DNA of 64,000 nucleotides from Candidatus Omnitrophota bacterium (lineage in GTDB: Bacteria > Omnitrophota > Gorgyraeia > Gygaellales > UBA12090), in assembly GCA_030674475.1 (NCBI GenBank), contig JAUSCZ010000033.1:52018-116017 (forward strand), read 5' to 3'. Below, in pieces: positions 49,375 to 59,679 of the stretch. The notes beneath the pieces are model-generated. The model was not told the origin of the DNA. It worked only from the letters and a program-made list of their open reading frames with translations, and did not search any database. The position numbers were made by a program, and so were the translations under genes. Positions within the stretch are counted from its first letter, which is position 1; the number at the start of each line of letters is the position of its first letter.

Positions 49375-50592
49375 ATGCCTATACAAATCATTGTAGAGAA
49401 GTGCACCGGATGCACCCTTTGCCTGAAGACCTGTCCGTTTGACGCCATCCGGATGATGGATAAGAAAGGCCTGCCTACCGGCAGGCAGGCAGTGATTAAT
49501 TTTGATAAATGCACCCTTTGCGGCGCTTGTGTACCGGCCTGCAAATTTAAGGCCATTCTTTTGCAGAAGGAAGTCTGCCCGGTTAAGGTTGATTTTAATG
49601 ATTATAAGGGGGTTTGGGTTTTTGCTGAGCAGAAAAAGGGCAAGGTTCAGCCGATAGCCTTTGAGCTTTTGGGTAAGGCCAGGGAACTGGCCGCGGATTT
49701 AGGCACCGATGTTTCCGCGGTGTTGCTGGGGGATCGGCTGGAGGAGGAAATCCAGGAGTTGATCTGGCGGGGCGCGGATAAGGTCTATGCGGTGGAAAAA
49801 TTTGAATTAGCTAATTATCAGGATGAGCCTTACACCAATGTTATAGTTGAGTTAATCAATAAATATAAACCGGAGGCTTTTCTCTGCGGGGCCACTTCCA
49901 TAGGCCGGTCATTGATTTCCCGGATTGCCATTAAGATAAAGGCCGGGCTTACCGCGGATTGCACGGAATTGGCTGTGGATAAAGAGAAGAAGATTCTTCT
50001 GCAGACCCGCCCGGCCTTCGGCGGAAATATTATGGCAACAATAGTCTGCCCGAATTACCGGCCCCAGATGGCTACGGTCCGGCATAAGGTGTTTCCGGAG
50101 GCAATTTCGGATATGAAACGTAAAGGCAAGGTTATCCGGGAGAATTTTGACGGAGCGATTTTAAACAGCCGCACCCGGCTTCTGGATATCATTGATGAGA
50201 TTGAGTCTACGGTGAATATAGCTGATGCCGATATCATTGTGGCCGGAGGAAGAGGGATGAAGTCCCCGGAAAATTTTAAGCTTTTAGAAGAGCTGGCTAA
50301 GGCTTTGGGCGGGGCAGTGGGGGCCTCCCGGGCCGCGGTAGATTCCGGCTGGATGCCCTATTCGCATCAGGTGGGCCAGACCGGCAAGACCGTCTGTCCC
50401 AAGGTGTATATCGCCTGTGGTATCTCAGGCCAAATCCAGCATTTAGTGGGGATGCAGTCTTCCCGGACCATTATTGCCATAAATTCTGATCCCTATGCCC
50501 CAATTTTTAAAGTGGCTAATTATGGGATTGTGGGAGATATTTTGGAGATAGTACCTCTTTTGACTAAAAAACTAAAAGAAGGTACGAGATGA
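49375..50592 (+). CDS. etfA: Electron transfer flavoprotein alpha subunit with N-terminal 2x[4Fe-4S] ferredoxin
   Basis: CTGCTLC...CP and CTLCGAC...C; [22 protein letters not shown]. Confidence 0.93.
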   Translation: MPIQIIVEKCTGCTLCLKTCPFDAIRMMDKKGLPTGRQAVINFDKCTLCGACVPACKFKAILLQKEVCPVKVDFNDYKGVWVFAEQKKGKVQPIAFELLGKARELAADLGTDVSAVLLGDRLEEEIQELIWRGADKVYAVEKFELANYQDEPYTNVIVELINKYKPEAFLCGATSIGRSLISRIAIKIKAGLTADCTELAVDKEKKILLQTRPAFGGNIMATIVCPNYRPQMATVRHKVFPEAISDMKRKGKVIRENFDGAILNSRTRLLDIIDEIESTVNIADADIIVAGGRGMKSPENFKLLEELAKALGGAVGASRAAVDSGWMPYSHQVGQTGKTVCPKVYIACGISGQIQHLVGMQSSRTIIAINSDPYAPIFKVANYGIVGDILEIVPLLTKKLKEGTR

Positions 50593-51521
50593 AAAATAAC
50601 GCGCTCATAACCGGAGGCGCCGGGTTTTTAGGTTCTTATCTTTGCCAGCGTTTGCTGCATTCAGGATTAAAGGTATTTTGCTTAGATAATCTGATTACCG
50701 GAAGCCTGAAGAATATTATTCAGTTGAAAAACGATAAAAACTTTGAGTTTATTAAACACGATATTAGCAAGCAAATAGTTATTAAAGACAAGATAAGTTT
50801 TATTCTGCATTTTGCCTCACCGGCCAGCCCGGTTGATTATTTAAAATATCCCATCCAGACCCTAAAAGTGGGCTCTTTGGGAACGCATAACGCCTTAGGC
50901 ATCGCCAAAGAAAAAAAGGCCAGGTTCCTTCTGGCTTCCACCTCTGAGGTTTACGGCGATCCCTTAATGCATCCTCAGAATGAAGACTATTGGGGCAATG
51001 TCAATTGTATCGGCCCGCGGGGTGTATACGATGAGGCTAAACGTTTTGCCGAGGCCATCACTATGGCCTATCACCGGGTGCATAAGGTGGATACCAGGAT
51101 AGTACGCATTTTTAACACCTACGGACCCCGGATGCGTAAAAACGACGGCCGGGCAATTCCTAATTTTATCTCTCAAGCCATCCGGAATAAACCCTTGACG
51201 GTTTACGGAAAAGGCCTGCAGACCCGCTCTTTTTGCTATGTGGATGATTTGATTGAGGGGATATGGAGGCTCATTAATAGTGATACCAATTTACCGGTTA
51301 ACATAGGAAACCCTGATGAGATGTGTTTGGTTGATTTGGCTAAACACATAATCCGAATCTCTCAAAGCAAAAGTAAAATTGAATACCGGAAGCTTCCCAT
51401 AGATGACCCAAAGCAAAGGCGTCCGGATATATCCCGGGCCAAGAAGTATCTTAAGTGGCAAGCCGGGGTAGCCCTTGAAGACGGCCTGATCAGAACTATC
51501 GAGTGGTTTAGGCAAAACTAA
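50589..51521 (+). CDS. UDP-glucuronate decarboxylase-like NAD-dependent epimerase/dehydratase
   Basis: [35 protein letters not shown]. Confidence 0.88.
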   Translation: MKNNALITGGAGFLGSYLCQRLLHSGLKVFCLDNLITGSLKNIIQLKNDKNFEFIKHDISKQIVIKDKISFILHFASPASPVDYLKYPIQTLKVGSLGTHNALGIAKEKKARFLLASTSEVYGDPLMHPQNEDYWGNVNCIGPRGVYDEAKRFAEAITMAYHRVHKVDTRIVRIFNTYGPRMRKNDGRAIPNFISQAIRNKPLTVYGKGLQTRSFCYVDDLIEGIWRLINSDTNLPVNIGNPDEMCLVDLAKHIIRISQSKSKIEYRKLPIDDPKQRRPDISRAKKYLKWQAGVALEDGLIRTIEWFRQN

Positions 51522-51527
51522 ATTTTT

Positions 51528-52952
51528 TTGAGGATGGTATATGTAATTACGATAGTTATCAGTATCTTGATTGCCCTGGCATTGGTTTATTTTTCGGGTT
51601 TATCCGCCCAAGGGGAGACGGGCCCGGGTAAAAAGAAATCAGATGGTGAACCAAAATCAATAGATGAGCCGGCCGTAGATGAGTCTTTAGAACAGGCCAT
51701 AAATGAGAAGCTGGGAAGTCTGGCCGGTTCCGCCGGCCACAGCCGCCAGGTAACCAAGATAATATCCGAGGTTTTTAATAAAGAGTTAGAGAAAAGAGTA
51801 ACTCAAACCAGCCAGGAGATAACCAGGAAATATGAGACTATTGTCCAGGATAAAGTCAAGAGCGAGGAGATAGCCTGGAAGAAGTTAGAGAAAGTCTCCG
51901 AGGATAAAAAAGAGACCGAAGCGGTTATCCGCAGTATTTCCGACGGGCTGGTAGTGGTGGATGCCAAAGGTAATGTAATGATGATGAATCCAGCGGCTGA
52001 GAAGCTTTTAGGAATGTCCGGAAAAAGCAAGATGGGCCGGCCTTTAACTGAAAACCTCAGAGAGGAACAGCTGGTATCTTTGATTAAGACCGGACAAGAA
52101 AGAAAGAATAGGGAAATAGAGTTAGTCAGTCAACAGGATGAGACCAGAAAGATTTTAAGGGCCTCCAGCGCGGTTATTGAGGACGCCGACGGTAAGACAG
52201 TGGGCATGGTTTCAGTCTTGAGCGATATCACTAAGCAGAGAGAACTGGATGAGCTAAAAGCGAATTTCGTGGCCAGCGTTACCCATGAACTGCGCACGCC
52301 TTTGGTGGCCATGGATAAATCCATTGCTCTTATCCTGAATAAAGACGCCGGTGAGCTTTCCCAGCCCCAGGAGGAAATTTTAAATATTGCCCAGCGCAAT
52401 TTAAAACGTTTGAGTTTCCTGATTAATGATCTGCTGGATTTATCCAAGCTGGAGGCCAGGAAGATGGCCTTTTCACGGCAGGCTTCAAGTTTAGAGAAAA
52501 TAGTTATTGATGCCGCGGAGGGTTTAACCAACTGGGCCAAGACTAAAGGAATTGAGATTATCAAAAAAATTCCTCAAGGCCTGCCCGATGTTGATGTTGA
52601 CCCCAACAGGATGATTCAGGTGTTTAATAACCTGATCGGCAATGCCATCAAATTTACCCCGCATGGCGGAAATGTTACTATTGAAGCAAGGATGGGTTCT
52701 GACAACTTGTATCTGGAGGTGAGTATTTTGGATACCGGAATCGGCATCACTAAAGAAAACTTACCTAAGGTTTTTGATAAGTTTTATCAGATTGGAGAGA
52801 GGTCTCCGGCGGATGTGAGCGGAACTGGGATAGGTCTGTCTATTGCCAAAGAGATTGTTGAGCTGCACGGGGGCAGGATCTGGGTAGAGAGTGAAAAAGG
52901 AAAAGGCGCTCAGTTCAACTTTACCCTGCCGATTGTCTCTCTTAAGGGATAA
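51528..52952 (+). CDS. PAS-domain sensor histidine kinase
   Basis: N-terminal TM, PAS, HELRTP, NAIKF, DTGIG, GTGIGL. Confidence 0.92.
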   Translation: MRMVYVITIVISILIALALVYFSGLSAQGETGPGKKKSDGEPKSIDEPAVDESLEQAINEKLGSLAGSAGHSRQVTKIISEVFNKELEKRVTQTSQEITRKYETIVQDKVKSEEIAWKKLEKVSEDKKETEAVIRSISDGLVVVDAKGNVMMMNPAAEKLLGMSGKSKMGRPLTENLREEQLVSLIKTGQERKNREIELVSQQDETRKILRASSAVIEDADGKTVGMVSVLSDITKQRELDELKANFVASVTHELRTPLVAMDKSIALILNKDAGELSQPQEEILNIAQRNLKRLSFLINDLLDLSKLEARKMAFSRQASSLEKIVIDAAEGLTNWAKTKGIEIIKKIPQGLPDVDVDPNRMIQVFNNLIGNAIKFTPHGGNVTIEARMGSDNLYLEVSILDTGIGITKENLPKVFDKFYQIGERSPADVSGTGIGLSIAKEIVELHGGRIWVESEKGKGAQFNFTLPIVSLKG

Positions 52953-52957
52953 AAACT

Positions 52958-53368
52958 ATGGAACCCAAAAATATTAAGGTGTTAGTTACCGATGATGAGG
53001 ATGATTTTCGTTATCTTTTAAGATACTGGCTCCAGGCCAGGGGGTATTCGGTGATAATGGCCTCTAGCGGAGAAGAGGCCATTAAGCTTACCAGAGAACA
53101 GAATCCGGATATTATTTTTATGGACTTAAGGATGCCGGCGATGGACGGAGTTCAGGCCATCGGAAAAATCCGCGAGTTTAACCACGATGTGCCGGTAATA
53201 ATCATCAGCGCTTATCTAGAGGATTTAAAGATAAAAGAGGCAAACAATTACGGCATTTCCGGCGTTTTTTATAAGGGCAAGGATTTTCAGCAGAGCATGC
53301 CTTTGATTGAATCAGCCTTAAGAACCCACAAAAAATTAAAAAAACCAGACCCGAATCCGAATGTGTAG
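52958..53368 (+). CDS. Single-domain response regulator
   Basis: DDE and MDLRMP receiver motifs. Confidence 0.88.
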   Translation: MEPKNIKVLVTDDEDDFRYLLRYWLQARGYSVIMASSGEEAIKLTREQNPDIIFMDLRMPAMDGVQAIGKIREFNHDVPVIIISAYLEDLKIKEANNYGISGVFYKGKDFQQSMPLIESALRTHKKLKKPDPNPNV

Positions 53369-54392
53369 AGTTCTGTCTAATAATTTATTGCTAATTCCCT
53401 CCACCCTTCCCTCCCCCTTGTGGGGAGGGTTAGGGAGGGGGGAAATAAAAGCCTATCAGAAATTAATTAGACAATGCAGCATAAGTATAGTGTTACTATT
53501 ATTCAGTGTATTGTGCGGCCTTTCTCACGCGTATGCCGATGAGCCGGCTATGGAAGCCAGGAGGCATTATGAGAAGGGGAATCTTTATTACCAGCAAGGT
53601 TACTACCAAGAGGCCCTGGAGGAATTTCAAAAGGCCCTGGATGTTTCTGAGCCAAAAATTCCTCTGGGGGATATTTCTGAGGGCGCTTTAGCTGAAGAGA
53701 AGATCGTTAAATTAGCGGTTAGGAGAAAGGTGGAAGAGGAAGATTCATCTTCCGGTAACAGAGAGTATACTATAGACGTAGGTGATACCCTGGATATTTC
53801 AGTCTGGAAGGTCCCGGACTTATCTTCTTCTGAGGTGATTGTGCGCCCGGATGAAAAGATTTCTCTGCCTTTAATCGGGGATATTCAGGCGGTCGGGCGG
53901 ACCTTAACTGAGCTGGACGCGGAGGTTACCGAAAAATACGCCCTTTATGTGCGCGAACCCCAGGTATCGGTGATGATTAAGAAATTCGGCGGAAGCAAGG
54001 TGGTGGTTTTGGGAGACGTAAAAACTCCCGGGGTTTACAGCTTTAGCGGAGCTATTCGCCTGGCTGAGGCTATTGCCCTGGCCGGCGACTGCACCAAATA
54101 CGCGGTGAGAAACAATATCCTGGTGATAAGGGGAGATATTCATAATAATCCTGAGATAATTTCCGCCAATATGATTTCATTTGTTAAAAACGCGAAGTTA
54201 GGCGAAAACATATTAATCCAGCCCCAGGATGTGGTCTTTGTTCCCCGCAGTGTTATCGGCAATGTCAGTTCTTTCTTTGAAACAATCGCCCCGATTATAG
54301 ACGGTGTCTACAAGACCTCAACCACGGATATCTACATCAAAAATGCCAGAAGGGTAATGGAGAAAAGATCCACTGTCAGCATTTCCCAATAA
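53361..54392 (+). CDS. Polysaccharide export protein (Wza/Poly_export + SLBB) with TPR; start uncertain
   Basis: TPR-like HYEKGNLYY...A; YTIDVGD, VRPD...ISLPLIG, VLGDVKTPG, DVVFVP. Confidence 0.8.
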   Translation: MCRVLSNNLLLIPSTLPSPLWGGLGRGEIKAYQKLIRQCSISIVLLLFSVLCGLSHAYADEPAMEARRHYEKGNLYYQQGYYQEALEEFQKALDVSEPKIPLGDISEGALAEEKIVKLAVRRKVEEEDSSSGNREYTIDVGDTLDISVWKVPDLSSSEVIVRPDEKISLPLIGDIQAVGRTLTELDAEVTEKYALYVREPQVSVMIKKFGGSKVVVLGDVKTPGVYSFSGAIRLAEAIALAGDCTKYAVRNNILVIRGDIHNNPEIISANMISFVKNAKLGENILIQPQDVVFVPRSVIGNVSSFFETIAPIIDGVYKTSTTDIYIKNARRVMEKRSTVSISQ

Positions 54393-54449
54393 GCCAAGAA
54401 TATCCAGTAGTTACCGCTTTTTCCTCTAAATAGGGGTTCAGTTTCTTAT

Positions 54450-54890
54450 ATGATGTATAGCAATAACAAGCAGGATGTCCTGGCCCGGTTATTGGTAGAG
54501 TCTTTGCGATACGCTGATGTATGGGTAAAGGTAAAAGGCGGCAGCATGGCCCCATGTTTAAAAGACGGGATGCTCGTGCTGGTAAGTAGTCCGGAAAGAA
54601 TATTTTGTTCAGATATATTGGTGTATCATTACGAAGGCGGAATTATTATTCATAGGTTAATGAGAAGATATAGGAAAGATGGGGGCAGCGCGCTCTATCA
54701 GACTAAGGCTGATAATGGATACGCCTTAGATGAACCGGTTAGTTTGGAAGATATCTGCGGAAAGGTTGTTGCTTTAAAAAGCGGTTCAGATATTATTAGG
54801 CTGGATAGTTTTTGGGGGCGGATAAGGGCAACGTGTTCTTACCTAGCTTCTTTGAGCAAGCTTGTGTTTCATAAATATGTCAAGGCATAA
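54450..54890 (+). CDS. S24/S26 family peptidase (signal peptidase I-like)
   Basis: GGSMAP catalytic Ser, IIHRL, KADN. Confidence 0.8.
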   Translation: MMYSNNKQDVLARLLVESLRYADVWVKVKGGSMAPCLKDGMLVLVSSPERIFCSDILVYHYEGGIIIHRLMRRYRKDGGSALYQTKADNGYALDEPVSLEDICGKVVALKSGSDIIRLDSFWGRIRATCSYLASLSKLVFHKYVKA

Positions 54891-55674
54891 AGTAAGCTTT
54901 AGTATTGCCGGGGTTAATTTTGAGCTTGAGTCTGATAAAGCTGAACCTGTTCGGTGGCTAAGAGCAAGATACGCTCCCTATCTTAGTCAAGCAATGCCCG
55001 GGGTAAGAATCAGCCTTTGTTATAACTCGAGAAGATTACCTCCTCCGGGGAAGAAATTACTATGCGGACCATACATCATCTATGAAAACAGGGGTAGAAA
55101 TCTTGAATTTAAGATTTATGCCAAAGGCAGCTACATTGCCTTAGGAGATGTGCTGCGGTTTTTAATCTCGTTGGTACTTCTTGAAAATGGGGGCTTCTTG
55201 CTGCATTCCTGCGGAGTAATAATTGATGGCGGGGCGTATCTTTTTTCCGGTCCTTCCGGGGCGGGAAAGACCACCCTTGCCAGGCTTTTGCCTCAAGAAA
55301 ATGGCGAGACCATCTTAAGCGATGAAACTACCGCCATCACTAAAAACAGCGGCGGCTATTACGGTTGGGCGACCCCTTTTTTTGGGGACTTTGGCAGTAT
55401 CGGGGCAAATAATAAATCAGCTCTTAAGGCAATATTTTTCTTAAAACAGGCCAGGCGCTTTAAACTCAAAAGGCTTGAACCTGTTTATAGTTCGGCCAGG
55501 CTTTTAGGAAATATATTTCTCCTTGGCGGTAATTGGAGGTATAATTATAACATAGACAGGTTGTGTGATGCCGCCTTAGGCTGCAGCAGGAAGGTCGCGG
55601 CATACGAGTTGGAATTTTTGCCCAATAAGCGGGTATGGAACTATATAAAAGAAAAAATATCCCCTGGCGGATAA
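54877..55674 (+). CDS. HPr-kinase-like P-loop protein
   Basis: LLHSCGV, GPSGAGKTT Walker A, LSDE. Confidence 0.78.
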   Translation: MSRHKVSFSIAGVNFELESDKAEPVRWLRARYAPYLSQAMPGVRISLCYNSRRLPPPGKKLLCGPYIIYENRGRNLEFKIYAKGSYIALGDVLRFLISLVLLENGGFLLHSCGVIIDGGAYLFSGPSGAGKTTLARLLPQENGETILSDETTAITKNSGGYYGWATPFFGDFGSIGANNKSALKAIFFLKQARRFKLKRLEPVYSSARLLGNIFLLGGNWRYNYNIDRLCDAALGCSRKVAAYELEFLPNKRVWNYIKEKISPGG

Positions 55675-55895
55675 TTGATAAAGAAGCGCTGGTGGTTGAT
55701 CCCCAGAGCAGTCTGGTGTATCCATTCAATCGGGTTGCCGCGCGGATATGGCAATTGCTTGACGGCACCCACGGCCTTCAAGAGATAGCCGGTATAATTT
55801 ACAACGAATTTGAGGCGGATCAGGAAATCGCGGCTGAAGATACCAGGAATTTTATTTCTCAACTAAAAGAAGCCCGCCTGATTGAAAAGTTATGA
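55635..55895 (+). CDS. PqqD-family RiPP recognition element (RRE)
   Basis: 86 aa; N.VAARIWQLLDG...EIA...F...L...L pattern of PqqD. Confidence 0.88.
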   Translation: MELYKRKNIPWRIIDKEALVVDPQSSLVYPFNRVAARIWQLLDGTHGLQEIAGIIYNEFEADQEIAAEDTRNFISQLKEARLIEKL

Positions 55896-56977
55896 GCAGC
55901 TTATTAGACGCAATTTATCAAAAGGCTGAAGACCTGCGCATCCCGCTTAATGTCTTGCTTGAGCTTACTAACCGATGCAATGAAGATTGTCTGCATTGCT
56001 ATATAAAAGACGCCAGGGACATAAATAGTCTTTCTAACGATGATAAGGAATTAACCTGCGCGCAGGTAACGGCCCTGTTGGATGAATTAGCCCGCGAGGG
56101 CGCCTTAAATCTTATCTTGAGCGGTGGAGAAGCGATGCTGCGGGAGGATTTTTTTGACATAGCTTATTTTGCCCGGTCCAGAAATTTTGCCCTAACCATC
56201 TTCTCCAACGGTCAGTTGATTGATCAAGCCAAGGCGAAAAGACTGGCGGATTTATCTCCGGTATGTATTTATTTTAGCCTTTACGGCTCAAGCGCCGATA
56301 CCCATGACCGTATTACCAGGGTGCCGGGTTCTTTTGAGAAGCTGCAAAACGCGATCATACTGCTTAAGCAAAATGGCCTTAAGGTCGGGTTGAAAACAAT
56401 CTTGATGCGCGGTAATATAGCTGAGCTTAAGGAAATATATGATTTAGGCCTGAGGCTGGGGATAGAAACGCATCAATTCGCGGAAGAGATAACCTCCCGG
56501 ATCGACGGCTCTGGCGCTTCTGAGGCCGCGCAGATTGATGAACCCGCGCTTTTTGCTTATTATCGCCAGGATGTGCCTAATCCTCCGGAATATATAAAAG
56601 AACTGCCTCAGGAAGAGGCCCGGAAAAAAGAGATTTGTTCCGCCGGGACATACGGGGTGGCTGTCTCTTGCTACGGAGATGTGTATCCTTGCGCGGAGTT
56701 GAGGCTTTCTTTGGGAAATATAAAAAATGAAACCTTTGGGGCTATATGGCAAAGGCAGGATAGTTTTCTGGACAAACTGCGCTCAATCAAACAATACGGG
56801 GATTTAGAAGATTGCCGGGATTGCGCTTTAGTGAATTTCTGCCGCAGGTGCCACGGCCGGGCCTGGTATGAGGCGGGTGATTGGAGCTCCTGTTATGAAA
56901 ACGCCCAGAAGAGGGCCTTTTTAAATAAAAGGATAAATACTGAAATCAGGCGAAAGAAGGAGGTGAACTTAGGATGA
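55892..56977 (+). CDS. Radical SAM/SPASM peptide maturase
   Basis: CNEDCLHC, SGGE; SPASM cysteines CSAG...VYPC...CRDC...CRRC...C. Confidence 0.92.
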   Translation: MSSLLDAIYQKAEDLRIPLNVLLELTNRCNEDCLHCYIKDARDINSLSNDDKELTCAQVTALLDELAREGALNLILSGGEAMLREDFFDIAYFARSRNFALTIFSNGQLIDQAKAKRLADLSPVCIYFSLYGSSADTHDRITRVPGSFEKLQNAIILLKQNGLKVGLKTILMRGNIAELKEIYDLGLRLGIETHQFAEEITSRIDGSGASEAAQIDEPALFAYYRQDVPNPPEYIKELPQEEARKKEICSAGTYGVAVSCYGDVYPCAELRLSLGNIKNETFGAIWQRQDSFLDKLRSIKQYGDLEDCRDCALVNFCRRCHGRAWYEAGDWSSCYENAQKRAFLNKRINTEIRRKKEVNLG

Positions 56978-57123
56978 CGAAAAAGGATAACTACGAGAAG
57001 CCGCAGCTTAAAGGTGAAAGGTTATTTGAGGCCGGGGCCAAGACTTGCTGTAAGGGCGCCGCTTGTACTACTTCCGAGAAAACCGGCGGGGGTAAAAGCT
57101 CTAATTCCAACACCACTTCTTAA
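56974..57123 (+). CDS. Putative RiPP precursor peptide, 49 aa (MTKKDNYEKPQLKGERLFEAGAKTCCKGAACTTSEKTGGGKSSNSNTTS)
   Basis: AAGGAGGTG RBS, ATGA overlap with the rSAM stop, YEKPQL leader motif, fills the gap to the next gene; absent from the ORF track because <60 aa. Confidence 0.82.
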   Translation: MTKKDNYEKPQLKGERLFEAGAKTCCKGAACTTSEKTGGGKSSNSNTTS

Positions 57124-57128
57124 GCATA

Positions 57129-57899
57129 ATGCGTCGTAAGAATAAGGGCATAGCTTGGGAGTGGGGTAGATATTTAATTAATCTGCGAAAAAAGTACGAA
57201 GAGCAGGCAGAGGTAGGGTATTTTATCAGAGAGGTTTCTTTAGGGCTGGATGAGTCTGAAGTATTCCTGGTAAACGGTCCGATGAAAAAGCCCGGCTATG
57301 TTTTGGATGTGGGCTGCGGCGCGGGAAGAGAAGCCATAGTCCTGGCCAAGCTTGGTTACCGGCTAAAGGCAATTGATATCTCCATGGCTATGATCGAGGC
57401 AGCCAAAAAAGAAAGCCGGAAAGAGGGTTTGAACATAGATTTTGAAAGATTAGACATTACGGAATTGAATCCTGATGGCCTTTTTGATTATTGCCTTTTC
57501 TCAAGCGGGGTATATAATAGCATCCCGGCCCGGGCACTACGGATACAAACGCTTAAAAGGGTGGTAAGTTCTCTTAAGCCCCAGGGCAGGCTATTTCTTC
57601 CTATAGGTATTGCCCGGCGTCCCAAAATGATTTTTTCCCGCAGTTTTATAAAATATAATTTATCCGCCGGGCTAAAGTTTGTTCTGGGAGATAGGTGTAA
57701 AATTGAACCCGGGGATACCCTGATTAGTCAGGTGAGTCCGGTTAGTAAAAGCAGGGTGAAGGTATTTCACCACTTTTTTTTTAGCTTTTCAGAGATAAAG
57801 GATGAGCTTGAGGCTTCGGGCCTTTGTGCGCGGATGCTCAGCCCCGGGCTCTGGCAGGTAAGTAAGCCTTTCGCGGATGATATCCAGCCTCCGGTATAG
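57129..57899 (+). CDS. Class I SAM-dependent methyltransferase
   Basis: VLDVGCGAG, IDIS, FDY, LKPQG. Confidence 0.88.
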   Translation: MRRKNKGIAWEWGRYLINLRKKYEEQAEVGYFIREVSLGLDESEVFLVNGPMKKPGYVLDVGCGAGREAIVLAKLGYRLKAIDISMAMIEAAKKESRKEGLNIDFERLDITELNPDGLFDYCLFSSGVYNSIPARALRIQTLKRVVSSLKPQGRLFLPIGIARRPKMIFSRSFIKYNLSAGLKFVLGDRCKIEPGDTLISQVSPVSKSRVKVFHHFFFSFSEIKDELEASGLCARMLSPGLWQVSKPFADDIQPPV

Positions 57900-58842
57900 A
57901 GAAAGGGCAGGCTTTAATATCGCCTCTTTGGATAAGCTGAATACATTGTTTAAGGAGTTAGAGCCTTTTCTGAAGATTCTTCTTTTAAAGGGAATTTCCC
58001 TGCTTAATACAGTATATGCCTGTGATATCGGAGCAAGGCATTTAGGCGACGTAGATATATTAGTAAGAAAGAAAGATTTCCCCCGCCTAAAAAAAACTCT
58101 TCACGACAAAGGCTACCTATTCAATAATAACATTACCCGGCCCCTGGATACGTGTTATTTAAATAGCGCGACCTGCGCAAAAGAAGATAAATTCTGCCCC
58201 CCATTTCATATCCATTGGCACTTAAGCAACGCCGCCTTTTCTACCGCTCTGTTTAGCCCCAGGATTAACCTGGAGAAAATCTGGCAAGAGGCAGAGCCCT
58301 TGAGCGGTTTTAAGAATGTCTGGATAATGTCTAGCCATCATCAGCTTATTCATCTTGGCGAGCACGCTTTAAAGCATAGCTATGACCGTCCTTATCTCCT
58401 GGAAGATATTCAGAGGGTGATTGAGTATTACCAGCGGAACCTTTGCTGGGAGAAGCTCATTGTTGACGCTAAGGCCTTTAATTTGACCCGTCCGCTATAT
58501 CATAGTTTGCACTTTGCCGCGGACATGCGAGGAGCGCGGGTTCCCGCGCGGGTATTGTCAAGCCTTAAGCCTGAAAGATTTAGTTTTTTGGAAAAGCGTT
58601 TTATCGCCGCGGTCAGGAAAGGAAAACGTTCGGAGCGTTTATCCGGCATAGTATATCTGGAAATGAATAAAACCTGCCTGGATAAGGTAAGCTACGTCTG
58701 GAGGACCTTTTTTCCTCCCGTAAAAATGATGGCCCAATTCAGAAATAGCTCAGGCCTTAAGCGTCTGAACCCTATTGATTATTGCCGCAGGGCCTATAAA
58801 GGGCTGAATTATTTTCTGGATATCGGACGCTGCCTCTTTTAG
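57877..58842 (+). CDS. Uncharacterised nucleotidyltransferase (NTP_transf_5-like)
   Basis: LLKG, RHLGDVDILV, HWH and H...H motifs. Confidence 0.8.
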   Translation: MISSLRYRERAGFNIASLDKLNTLFKELEPFLKILLLKGISLLNTVYACDIGARHLGDVDILVRKKDFPRLKKTLHDKGYLFNNNITRPLDTCYLNSATCAKEDKFCPPFHIHWHLSNAAFSTALFSPRINLEKIWQEAEPLSGFKNVWIMSSHHQLIHLGEHALKHSYDRPYLLEDIQRVIEYYQRNLCWEKLIVDAKAFNLTRPLYHSLHFAADMRGARVPARVLSSLKPERFSFLEKRFIAAVRKGKRSERLSGIVYLEMNKTCLDKVSYVWRTFFPPVKMMAQFRNSSGLKRLNPIDYCRRAYKGLNYFLDIGRCLF

Positions 58843-58857
58843 GCCGCGGCACAGGCC

Positions 58858-59679
58858 TCAGGAATACAAGAGGCTGCCGTTTTTTTGGGCCTTTTTCAAA
58901 GCCGATTTAAAACTAAAAATACTCAAAGGGAAAAATAGAGCGGAAAAGAAAACTAAGGATAAAATTTGGGGGAGAATTTCTTTTACTGAACTGCCCAAAA
59001 TCAGGCTTTTGCGAACTGCCTCTAAGCAATAGGTAAGGGGAAGAAAAAAAGATATTTTTTGTAACCCTATCGGCAGCACCGCGATGGGAAAATATACTCC
59101 TCCCAGCAAACGAGATGCTCCGTAAAATAGCCAGTTTAGGGGATCCCCGCGTTTAAAGATTAAGGTAAAGCTGGCAGAGAGTATCCCTAATGCGCTAAAA
59201 GAGATGATGGTCAGCGCTAAAATAATCAGCGAAGAAGAAAGATTGGCCCGGCTTAAATTAAGGTCAAAGAATAGCCAGCCCAAGAATAAGTAGACTATAA
59301 CCCTAAAGGAAGTAAAAATAAATTTCCAGATAGAACTGCAGATGAGAACAGTAGATATTTTTGTAGGAGAAAGAACAATTGCCTCCAGCGTTCCGTAAGC
59401 TTGTTCTTCGGAAATTGCCTCGGTAAAGCTGCCCATTGCCGCGCTCATATAGCCGGAAAAAGCTATCCCGATTAAGACAAAAGAAAAATAATCTCCGCCG
59501 TAATCAGCCAGATGTTCCGCGGCTTTTCCGCCAAAAAGTTTGGCAATAAAAAAGAAGGTGACCACTGAAGATAGAATACTGATCAAGTCAAATAAGAATG
59601 CCGCCCGGTAGCTGGCGTTAATCAACAAATCCCTCTTGAGAAAAGCCAGGAGTTTTCTCAAAGATATATCAGGCTTCAT
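58858..59679 (-). CDS. ABC-2 type transporter permease
   Basis: Multiple TM segments, GTLE, GVYFPI..LP. Confidence 0.88.
   Translation of the reverse strand: MKPDISLRKLLAFLKRDLLINASYRAAFLFDLISILSSVVTFFFIAKLFGGKAAEHLADYGGDYFSFVLIGIAFSGYMSAAMGSFTEAISEEQAYGTLEAIVLSPTKISTVLICSSIWKFIFTSFRVIVYLFLGWLFFDLNLSRANLSSSLIILALTIISFSALGILSASFTLIFKRGDPLNWLFYGASRLLGGVYFPIAVLPIGLQKISFFLPLTYCLEAVRKSLILGSSVKEILPQILSLVFFSALFFPLSIFSFKSALKKAQKNGSLLYS

Noticed and set aside
54450-58842. Lasso peptide or PQQ biosynthesis cluster
   Set aside because: No asparagine-synthetase-like cyclase or B2 protease and no pqqB/C in the cluster; the precursor lacks the PqqA ExxxY motif
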